32,000 bases of DNA from Planctomycetales bacterium (lineage in GTDB: Bacteria > 4484-113 > JAFGCY01). Numbering within the stretch: the first letter of the stretch is position 1; every line of letters begins with the position of its first letter. Location: NCBI GenBank assembly GCA_022646745.1, contig CP060262.1, positions 2,790,001 through 2,822,000 of the forward strand. The letters are read 5' to 3'. This document shows positions 16,668 to 23,915 of this stretch, one piece after another. The notes below the pieces were generated by a model, which did no database searches, had not been told where the DNA came from, and saw only the letters and a list, made by a program, of their open reading frames with translations. The translations under genes and the position numbers were made by a program.

Positions 16668-18242
16668 ATGTGGCAATGCAGCTCCTGCGAGTACGTCAAT
16701 GACGACTGGGACGAGCGCTGCCTGCGCTGCGGCGTGGACCGCGTGACCAGCGAGGCGGAGCATGCACTGCGGGCCCAGCGTGAAGCGGAGGAGCGGGCCA
16801 GCCAGCCCCCGGAGCCACCCGTCGAGCTGAGTGCGCTGGAGCGCAGCATCCTGGCCGGGAAGAAGGCAGGATCAGAAGCAGAAACAGGATCAGGAACAGA
16901 AGCAGAAGCAGAAGCAGGAGCAGAATCAGGATCAGGTGCCTCAGAAGGGCAGGGGGCAGGGAAGTCTGCTGAGCTGGATAACACGGCAGTGATGTCCGCT
17001 TTGACGCCGGGAACTTCATCGGGCATCTCAGGATCAATGCCACGCATGCAAGGCATGCAGGATGAGGTTGACAAGCTGCTGGTGCGGGAAGTCGCCAGTG
17101 GCAACGCCGAGGTTCCGGAAGAGAAACGTGGCAAGCGCAGTGAGCTGGCTTCGGTGATCATCATTGCCATCTGCCTGATCGGCCTGGTGGCTGTCGGCTA
17201 TGTAGCCTGGAGCCGCGGCCTGATCAGCCTGCCGCAGACCGTGCCGCAGAACGCGCTGGACTACCAGGCGCTCGGCTATGAAAGCCAGCCTGCGTACCCG
17301 AAGAATGATGCGCTCAGCAGCCTGCTGGCAGACCGTTCACGCACCGCGCGTGCCTTCCAGGGCCATGCGCAACTGCTGTATGACTGCCAGGCGGCCTATG
17401 CGCGCATCCTGGATGACATGACGCCGATGCCCTCGCAGGACGGCATCCGCGAGCAGCTTGACCGTGCCGAGGCCGTCAGCAAGCGCTGGCTGGAAGACTA
17501 TGCCGGGTTTGAGGATGCGACTGTGCCGAAGATGCGTAAGCTGGATGTCGACACGATCGGCATGCTGCGCGAGCAGTACGCGGCGCGCGCCAGTGAGCTG
17601 ATGGGGATCATGCAGCTTGGTTACCTCGGGCTGGATGACCCGCAGCACACGGCCTTCCTGTTCGTTGACAGCATCCCGCAGGAGTTCGGGCGCTTTGGCC
17701 AGATCGATGCCTCCAGCTTCAGCGAGCAGTGGCAGCAGGTGCGTGAGCAGCGCCGCCAGACTGAGCTTGATGTGCAGTACGCGCTGGAGATCGAGGAAAC
17801 CGAGGCCTGGTACTCCACGCTGGCAACGCTCCATGCCGAGGTGGACAAGGTGATCCGCAGCCTCGGTGAGGTCGGCAGCAACCGCGGGCGGCTGAACCCG
17901 GCGGCAGTCAAGCTGGTGGTGCTGCTGGATGACTACGCCACGAAGATCGAGGGCCTGAATAGCGAGTTCGAGCAGTATGCAAGCTCCCTGCCGGAAACGG
18001 AATGCGACAGCCTGAACGAGGCGGTGGAGAAGTTCCGCGCACTGGCGCTGGAAGACCACATGTACTGCTTCGGGGAGATCTACAAGCGCTACAGCGAGGA
18101 CCGCTATGCCGAGCTGGAGCAGTACGACAGGCTCGGTGCGCATTACGAGTATGCGGAGCAGTGGTGGCCACGCAAGAAGGCTGACTACGAAGGGATCTTC
18201 ACGACCTACGAGAAGCGCTGGCGCGAAAGCTGGACGGAGTAG
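16668..18242 (+). CDS. Hypothetical membrane protein: N-terminal zinc ribbon, acidic low-complexity linker, one TM helix, large alpha-helical C-terminal domain
   Basis: MWQCSSCEYVNDDWDERCLRCG (CxxC..CxxC, RanBP2-like). GSEAETGSGTEAEAEAGAESGSG linker. TM helix VIIIAICLIGLVAVGYVAW. Host-like codon bias. Confidence 0.7.
   Translation: MWQCSSCEYVNDDWDERCLRCGVDRVTSEAEHALRAQREAEERASQPPEPPVELSALERSILAGKKAGSEAETGSGTEAEAEAGAESGSGASEGQGAGKSAELDNTAVMSALTPGTSSGISGSMPRMQGMQDEVDKLLVREVASGNAEVPEEKRGKRSELASVIIIAICLIGLVAVGYVAWSRGLISLPQTVPQNALDYQALGYESQPAYPKNDALSSLLADRSRTARAFQGHAQLLYDCQAAYARILDDMTPMPSQDGIREQLDRAEAVSKRWLEDYAGFEDATVPKMRKLDVDTIGMLREQYAARASELMGIMQLGYLGLDDPQHTAFLFVDSIPQEFGRFGQIDASSFSEQWQQVREQRRQTELDVQYALEIEETEAWYSTLATLHAEVDKVIRSLGEVGSNRGRLNPAAVKLVVLLDDYATKIEGLNSEFEQYASSLPETECDSLNEAVEKFRALALEDHMYCFGEIYKRYSEDRYAELEQYDRLGAHYEYAEQWWPRKKADYEGIFTTYEKRWRESWTE
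16867..16938 (+). repeat. In-frame array of 12 degenerate CAGRAN hexamers inside the zinc-ribbon protein gene
   Basis: CAGGAT CAGAAG CAGAAA CAGGAT CAGGAA CAGAAG CAGAAG CAGAAG CAGGAG CAGAAT CAGGAT CAGGTG. The 17-mer AGCAGAATCAGGATCAG (16919..16935) is identical to 11747..11763 in intergenic element C. Confidence 0.85.
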
Positions 18243-18248
18243 GGGCGA

Positions 18249-18563
18249 TTACTCCTCCTCGTCCTGCTCCAGGCGCAGCAGTGCGTTGATGCGTTCAAGC
18301 AGGATCGCCGCCATGCTGAGCACGAGTGCTTCCTCATCCTCGATGTGCTCGGGGGTCATCACCATGTATGCGTCCTCGCTGTAATCCATCCCGAGGTGGA
18401 TCTTCCAGTGCAGGCGCAGGTACATCTCGCCCTCGGAGTCGACTCCCTGCATGCCCTCATAGGAGATGTGTTCGACGAACTGCGCATCCTCCTGCTCGGC
18501 GACGTGCATGTCCAGCGCGTGCTCAGCGGCGATGGCGCACAGTTCGTTCAGTCGTTCCAGCAT
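18249..18563 (-). CDS. Small acidic hypothetical protein
   Basis: 104 aa with host-like GC3. Asp/Glu-rich, ending in a ..LEQDEEE tail. Tail-to-tail with the zinc-ribbon gene (6-nt gap). Confidence 0.55.
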   Translation of the reverse strand: MLERLNELCAIAAEHALDMHVAEQEDAQFVEHISYEGMQGVDSEGEMYLRLHWKIHLGMDYSEDAYMVMTPEHIEDEEALVLSMAAILLERINALLRLEQDEEE

Positions 18564-18624
18564 GGCGGGAAGAGAATATCAGCCGCAAGAATGGCTTTGC
18601 CTGACGTGCAGGCCTCAATCCCAA

Positions 18625-18729
18625 GACGACAGACCTCAGACTTCAGTATCCCAATCCGGGATGTCTGCTTCCTGCTTTCTGCTCGCTGCTACCTTCTGAC
18701 GTCTGAACTCTGAAGTCTGAAATCTGACA
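18625..18729. repeat. Composite palindromic element E carrying both repeat modules
   Basis: TCAGACTTCAG (18636..18646) pairs with CTGAAGTCTGA (18710..18720). The centre, GTCTGCTTCCTGCTTTCTGCTCGCTGCT (18663..18690), is the reverse complement of the AGCAGAAAGCAG..GCAGAC module found in B and D. Confidence 0.75.
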
Positions 18730-18739
18730 GGGGCTTCGG

Positions 18740-18745
18740 TATAAT
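18740..18745 (+). promoter_or_regulatory. Candidate -10 box (TATAAT) for tRNA-Ser
   Basis: TATAAT at 18740..18745, 11 nt upstream of the mature tRNA 5' end. No convincing -35 at proper spacing. Confidence 0.35.
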
Positions 18746-18756
18746 CATGCCCCTGC

Positions 18757-18844
18757 GGAGGAGTGGCCGAGTGGTTTAAGGCGGCAGTCTTGAAAACTGT
18801 TTGGCGGCAACGTCACGGGGGTTCGAATCCCTCCTCCTCCGCCA
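18757..18844 (+). tRNA. tRNA-Ser (anticodon UGA), CCA encoded
   Basis: Folded by hand. Acceptor GGAGGAG/CTCCTCC. D-arm GCC-GAGTGGTTTAA-GGC. Anticodon stem GCAGT/ACTGT with loop CTTGAAA (anticodon TGA). Long variable arm. T-arm GGGGG-TTCGAAT-CCCTC. Discriminator G plus CCA. Confidence 0.9.
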
Positions 18845-18888
18845 ATGAGCTCCCTGCGTGATTTCCCGGAATCTGGCATATTAACTGT

Positions 18889-21645
18889 ATGTACCGGCTG
18901 CGCGGCCCAGACCCCGTGAACAGATACATCCCGCTTGCAATTGCAGTGCTGCTTGGGGCAGTGCTGGTGGCATGTGGCCGGGTGCGGGACATGGGAACTC
19001 TGGAGACTGAAAGCAGACAGGCAGGTCTGGCCAAGGGCACTGTAGAGCCACAGCCCTTCGAAGAATATTCCCCAAATGAACTGCTTGTTGAGTTCCGCGC
19101 TGACATCGACAGGTCGAAGCTGGAAGCCGCCGGGATAGATGCCAGCCAGCCAATTCCAGCGAGACGTAATGCAGTGCTCCGCACTGACAGCAACTGCGAG
19201 CTGCTTGCGGCGGAGATCGCCACGCGCTTCTGCCTGCAGCTTGACAACCAAGTCTATACCGGTCGTACGCGGATCGCCGAATTCAGGCTAAGCGATGGCC
19301 AGGACATGCAGGAAACACTGCAGCAGATTCGTGAGGCTTTCGCCGGGTTCATCCTGTCGGTGAGTCAGTCAACCCTGGCAATTCCGGCATTCACGCCTGA
19401 TGATCCGGATTACAACAACAGCGGCAAGTCCGGCGGGCCGCAGTGGTACCTGCACGCAATGGAGTTTGACGAGGCCTGGGATGTCAGCCTCGGTGATCCC
19501 GCGGTGCTGGTGGCTGTGATTGACAGCGGCTGCAACATGCAGCATGAGGAGCTGGCCGGGCAGGTGCTGGACCCCGCCACGCAGTTCCCGGAGATAGAAG
19601 CCGACATCGTGAATGGCAACGCCTCGATCGAGGACAGCTACGGCCATGGTACGGCGGTCTGTGGCCTGATCTGTGCGGCGACGGACAATGGGCGCACCAT
19701 CGCCGGGGCGGCACCGGGAGTCTCTGTCCTGCCGATCAAGGCCACGAATGACTGGCTGGACTTTACGATCGGCAACTACATTGAGGCCGGGTACCTGGCG
19801 CAGCAGCTCGGGGTGGACATCCTCGTGCAGAGCTTCACGATCTACGGCAATGACAGCACCGTGCACGGCATGGTCCAGGACCTGAGCGAGGACGGGATGC
19901 TGCTTGTGGCGGCTGCCGGGAATGATGCTGACAGTGCTGACAACTGGCCGGCGGCATGGCCGGAGGTGCTCAGTGTCGGGGCCGTTGACATCGGCGATTC
20001 CCGCAGCAGTTTCAGCAATCTCGCTGCCAGTGTGGAAGTGGCAGCACCCGGGCGGGACATCCGCATCTGCGGCCACCAGTTCAACAGCGGTGCGCTGGCC
20101 TACGGGATGGAGCAGGGCACCAGCCTGGCAACGCCGCTGGTTGCCGCCGCGGCAGCCCTGCTGTGGAGTGCACAGCCTGAGCTGGATGCCGGCCGGGTTC
20201 GTGAGTTGCTGGCCCTGAGCGGGCGGTCGTCGACTGGATTTGAAGGCAATGTGCCCGTAGTGGATGCCGGAGCTCTGCTCAACCTTCAACCCGGGCTGCG
20301 CCTGCCGGAGCTGCCGGGAATGATCCTCCGTGGGAAAAACCACATCTCCGCCGGTGAGCTGCTGGCCCCGGACTCCGCCCAGCTTTTCGTCGCCGGCCAG
20401 CTCAGCGATGAGCGGACAGCTGCTCCCTGGTCGTTCCAGCTTGATACGGAGGCCGCGCTGTTATCCGCAGCAGCAGTCCAGCTGCTAAGCCAGTTCGGTG
20501 CTGGCCAGTACAGCGACGAAGCATGGGTGCTGGTTGACAACACGGAAGGCACATATCCTCTCGGTGAGGATGCCGAGGCAGGCTTTGGCAACCTGGCTTC
20601 CTTCGATGCCGGCCAGGCCCAGCAGCAGGTGCGCATTGCACTGGAGAACCAGTTCCTGCCGGACTGGACGGAGCAGTCGGTGAAGCTGTATGGCAAGGGC
20701 CAGTGGCAACGCATTGAAGGCGACAGTGCCAGCGGCAGCCACAGCTGGTACTTTGGCGAACTGGCGAAGCAGGAATATGACCGGGATGAGTTCGACTGCC
20801 TGGTGACTTCCCGGCTTGACCTCAGTGGTGCTGTCGAGCCGGTGCTGCGCTTCAGCCAGCATTACAACATCCAGGATGATGAGTTCGGCTATGACCGGGC
20901 CAGCTTGCTGGCCAGCACTGACAACGGAGAGACATGGACGCTGCTGTCGGGTGAGGGGCATCCCGGCTGGTTCAGTGGCTACCTGGCGGACTGGGAGCTG
21001 GTTGAGATCCCGCTTGATGCCTACATCGGCCAGACGATGCACATCTGCTTCTCATTCCAGTCTGACAGCCTGCTGGCGGGCGAACAGGCCGGGCAACCGG
21101 AGGGCTGGTGGCTGGATGACATATACGTCGGTGAAGCCAGTGCCGGCAGCGCGTTGTTCAGCCTGTCGACGCCGCAGGCGGATTCCGTCTATGGCGCGGT
21201 GAATGGCCAGACAGGGATTTCCCTGCTGCTGGAAGGACTGCAGGGCGTCGCCAGCATGCGATACGAAATTGACTACATCCCGCTCGGTGCAGACCGCGGC
21301 GAGGACCAGCTGGTCAATTCGACGAACCTTACCGGCGTGAACATCCAGGTCAATTCGCTTACGCGCCCGAACCAGCGCTTCTGGCTGCGGGCCACGGCCT
21401 ATGACGCCGATGGCAAGGCCGGGCAGAGCAGGCTGCTGCCACTGTACCTGTTCAACCGGCCGGGGGACGTGAATGCGGACTGGCTGGTCGATGGCAATGA
21501 TGAGCAGCTGCTGCGCCAGTCCATTGGACTGACTGCTGCCGACCAGGGCTGGTTGCCCTGGATGGATGCAGACCAGGATGGCGTGGTGACTGAGCTGGAC
21601 CTTGCCGCCGTCGCCTACCACTGGACGGACCCAGATGGCAGCTAG
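18889..21645 (+). CDS. Lipoprotein subtilisin-like serine protease (peptidase S8) with C-terminal dockerin-like module
   Basis: Lipobox LVAC in MYRLRGPDPVNRYIPLAIAVLLGAVLVACG. Catalytic triad contexts VAVIDSGC (Asp), SYGHGTAVCG (His), GTSLATPLVAAAAALL (Ser). C-terminus has two 12-residue Ca-loop motifs, DVNADWLVDGND and DADQDGVVTELD. Confidence 0.85.
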   Translation: MYRLRGPDPVNRYIPLAIAVLLGAVLVACGRVRDMGTLETESRQAGLAKGTVEPQPFEEYSPNELLVEFRADIDRSKLEAAGIDASQPIPARRNAVLRTDSNCELLAAEIATRFCLQLDNQVYTGRTRIAEFRLSDGQDMQETLQQIREAFAGFILSVSQSTLAIPAFTPDDPDYNNSGKSGGPQWYLHAMEFDEAWDVSLGDPAVLVAVIDSGCNMQHEELAGQVLDPATQFPEIEADIVNGNASIEDSYGHGTAVCGLICAATDNGRTIAGAAPGVSVLPIKATNDWLDFTIGNYIEAGYLAQQLGVDILVQSFTIYGNDSTVHGMVQDLSEDGMLLVAAAGNDADSADNWPAAWPEVLSVGAVDIGDSRSSFSNLAASVEVAAPGRDIRICGHQFNSGALAYGMEQGTSLATPLVAAAAALLWSAQPELDAGRVRELLALSGRSSTGFEGNVPVVDAGALLNLQPGLRLPELPGMILRGKNHISAGELLAPDSAQLFVAGQLSDERTAAPWSFQLDTEAALLSAAAVQLLSQFGAGQYSDEAWVLVDNTEGTYPLGEDAEAGFGNLASFDAGQAQQQVRIALENQFLPDWTEQSVKLYGKGQWQRIEGDSASGSHSWYFGELAKQEYDRDEFDCLVTSRLDLSGAVEPVLRFSQHYNIQDDEFGYDRASLLASTDNGETWTLLSGEGHPGWFSGYLADWELVEIPLDAYIGQTMHICFSFQSDSLLAGEQAGQPEGWWLDDIYVGEASAGSALFSLSTPQADSVYGAVNGQTGISLLLEGLQGVASMRYEIDYIPLGADRGEDQLVNSTNLTGVNIQVNSLTRPNQRFWLRATAYDADGKAGQSRLLPLYLFNRPGDVNADWLVDGNDEQLLRQSIGLTAADQGWLPWMDADQDGVVTELDLAAVAYHWTDPDGS

Positions 21646-21663
21646 CTGTGAGATAATTCCCGG

Positions 21664-22263
21664 ATGCCAAGGCAATACTTCCTGTATGACGACAAGGTGG
21701 CCCTGCGTCCGCTTGAGGACTCTGATGCCGCACTGCTGTGCGACTGGGTGAATGACCAGGCGGTACTGCTCTACCTCGGCATCCCCGGCCGCCTGACCGA
21801 TGGACAGGAGCTGGAATGGATCGCGGCGATGCGCGGCAGCCAGCGGGACGTGGTGCTTGGCATTGTTGACCTGTCAGACGGAGCACTGGTCGGGACGGTC
21901 GGCATCCACCTGATCAACCGTACTGATAGCAACGCGATGTACGGCATCATGCTCGGGGATAAGGAACGCTGGTCTAAGGGGATTGGCACCGCCGCCGGGA
22001 TGCTGGCCTGTGACTACGCCTTCAACTCGCTGAACCTGCACCGCCTGCACCTGTCCGTTGCGGCATTCAATCCGCGTGGCACGAAGAGCTATGAGAAGAT
22101 CGGCTTCAGGCACGAAGGCAGCATGCAGCAGCACATCTACAAGCAGGGCAGCTACCACGACGTGCTGTTCATGGGCCTGCTGCGGGATGACTTCAATGCC
22201 AGTCATGCAGAGTGGAGGAAGCAGCAGCAGGCACGCTACGGAATGGACGCCGGATTGGAATAG
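21664..22263 (+). CDS. GNAT family N-acetyltransferase (RimJ/RimL-like)
   Basis: 199 aa. VALRPLEDSDAALLCDWVND.., then ..GDKERWSKGIGTAAGMLACDYAF..LHRLHLSVAAFNPRGTKSYEKIGFRHEG. This is the typical Acetyltransf_3 layout. Confidence 0.85.
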   Translation: MPRQYFLYDDKVALRPLEDSDAALLCDWVNDQAVLLYLGIPGRLTDGQELEWIAAMRGSQRDVVLGIVDLSDGALVGTVGIHLINRTDSNAMYGIMLGDKERWSKGIGTAAGMLACDYAFNSLNLHRLHLSVAAFNPRGTKSYEKIGFRHEGSMQQHIYKQGSYHDVLFMGLLRDDFNASHAEWRKQQQARYGMDAGLE

Positions 22264-22415
22264 TCCATTCCGGCGAATAATCGCCACACACTTAACCGTG
22301 TCTTAAAATTCCTCTGGGAATTCGATTCCTAATAAGGATAAGCGTCTGTTCACCGGGTAGTAAACATCTGTTTGCGCAGTCCGTGGGGCTGCAGACCCGG
22401 GTCAGGAATATACAC

Positions 22416-23915
22416 ATGGGAAGAATCACAGGCATTTTGATACTGCTGACGCTGCTTTGCAGCTGCAACAGAGGAGGCCAGCAAGGCGCTGCTGGCGGGA
22501 TGGGAGGAATGGGAGATGGACCGCCGCCGGTGGCGGTGTTCGTTGAGCCCGTCCAGATGGTCCCCTATTCGCCGGCAATCAAGCTGATCGGCGAAACCAA
22601 GGCTGAGCAGCGCGCCACCCTGGCCGCCGAAGTGGCCGGCAGTGTGACCGGCATCCGCCATCGCGTGGGTGAGCGCCACAACGTGTCTGACGGCTGGCTG
22701 GTCAGCATCGATCCCGCCACCTACCAAGCTGGCGTCGGATCGGCACAGGCAGCGGTGGACATGGCCCGCGAGAACCTGCGCAAGGCCCAGAACGGTCCGC
22801 GCAGCGAGGACGTGCGCGCCCAGGAAGCCCAGGTTGAAGCCGCCAAGGCACGTGTGTCGCAGGCGGAGGACAACCTGAAGCGGATGGAGGCACTGGCCGC
22901 CGGCGGCGTGATCGCCGAGACAGCGCTGGTCACCGCACGAACGGAGTATGAAACCGCAAAGAATGCCCATGAAGCAGCCAGGCAGGTACTGGCGGCGATG
23001 CAGGCCGGCACCCGTGAAGAGGACATCGCTGCTGCAAAGGCCGCGGTCAGCCAGGCTGAATCAAACCTGAAGAACAGCCGCGTTTCGCTGGGACGCACGA
23101 CGGTCGGCCCGGAGTTTGATGCCATTGTCAGCAACCTGATGGTGGAGGTCGGGCAGTACGTCGGTCCCGGCACCCCGCTTGTGGAAGTTGTCAGCGCCGG
23201 CTCCACCGAGGCCTGGTTCAACCTGCCGGAGGAGGAGCTTGGCAACGTGTCACCTGGCGACGACGTGGAGATGCGCTTTACCGCCTTCCCGGACGAGGTG
23301 TTCCACGGCGCGGTGATCAGCATTTCACCGGCCGCCAATGAGCAGACCCGCCAGTTCCCGCTTCGCGTGGAGATCCGCGATGAACGGATCCTGCCCGGCA
23401 TGACGGTGGAGGGCCGGATCCTGCGCAGCGAGCCCGTGCCGACGAAGATGATCAACATGGACTCCGTGATCCAGGCCCCGCTCGGCACCGTCTGCTGGGT
23501 GATGGACCCGGACCCGAACGACCCGCAGAAGACCAGCGCGCGCCAGGTGATCATCGAGACCGGCGCCCGCGTTGACAACATGGTAGTCGTGATGAGCGAT
23601 GAGCTGCAGCCGGGAATGATGGTTGTCACCCGTGGCAAGCAGCAGGTCTACCCGACCGCGATGCTGATCCCGGTCAACCTGATGAACATGGGCGGCGGAG
23701 GCGAGGGCGGACCACCCGCCGGGGCGGAGGGTGGTGGCATGCCGCCTGGGGCCGGTGCTCCCGCCGGTGACGATGTGTCCGAAGGCGGCCAGTCAGCCGG
23801 TGATGCGGCGGCAGGAGGCCAGAATGCCGGAGATGGTGAGGCTGGCCAGCAGGCCGGCGGTGATGATGCTGCCGGCGGACAGGAGAACCCCTGTGGCCAG
23901 GAGAGCAACGGATGA
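22416..23915 (+). CDS. RND efflux periplasmic adaptor (membrane fusion protein, HlyD family) with Gly/Ala/Asp-rich C-terminal tail
   Basis: ATG at 22416 (AGGAA upstream) preferred over the track's GTG at 22383. N-terminal MGRITGILILLTLLCSCN signal. Coiled-coil hairpin (AQAAVDMARENLRKAQ..AQVEAAKARVSQAEDNLKR). Beta-barrel segments. Stop overlaps the pump start (ATGA). Confidence 0.85.
   Translation: MGRITGILILLTLLCSCNRGGQQGAAGGMGGMGDGPPPVAVFVEPVQMVPYSPAIKLIGETKAEQRATLAAEVAGSVTGIRHRVGERHNVSDGWLVSIDPATYQAGVGSAQAAVDMARENLRKAQNGPRSEDVRAQEAQVEAAKARVSQAEDNLKRMEALAAGGVIAETALVTARTEYETAKNAHEAARQVLAAMQAGTREEDIAAAKAAVSQAESNLKNSRVSLGRTTVGPEFDAIVSNLMVEVGQYVGPGTPLVEVVSAGSTEAWFNLPEEELGNVSPGDDVEMRFTAFPDEVFHGAVISISPAANEQTRQFPLRVEIRDERILPGMTVEGRILRSEPVPTKMINMDSVIQAPLGTVCWVMDPDPNDPQKTSARQVIIETGARVDNMVVVMSDELQPGMMVVTRGKQQVYPTAMLIPVNLMNMGGGGEGGPPAGAEGGGMPPGAGAPAGDDVSEGGQSAGDAAAGGQNAGDGEAGQQAGGDDAAGGQENPCGQESNG

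Noticed and set aside
13755-16763. Long minus-strand ORFs antisense to the flagellin gene (13755..14492, 13772..14488, 15240..15809, 15912..16763). Similar long antisense or off-frame ORFs occur elsewhere (6469..7632 +, 17337..18143 -, 19369..20343 -, 20485..21042 -, 24428..25153 -, 25745..26368 -, 26690..27397 -, 27497..28846 -).
   Set aside because: They overlap genes with unmistakable family motifs on the other strand or frame. Their products are Arg/Ala/Gly/Pro-rich with no motifs. Stop-poor shadow frames are expected in DNA of this G+C content.
11731-16938. Hexamer/heptamer tandem arrays (11731..11772, 16867..16938, 13664..13694) as a possible CRISPR array.
   Set aside because: The units are only 6-7 nt, degenerate and contiguous, without spacers. 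No cas genes are present.
18757-18890. tRNA-Ser as an integration site for a genomic island or prophage.
   Set aside because: I saw no integrase, no duplicated tRNA 3' fragment and no composition shift downstream. The subtilase that follows has host-like composition.
22383-22415. GTG start at 22383 for the RND adaptor.
   Set aside because: The ATG at 22416 is preceded by AGGAA and begins directly with a signal-peptide-like MGRITGILILLTLLCSC. The 11 extra residues add nothing recognisable.
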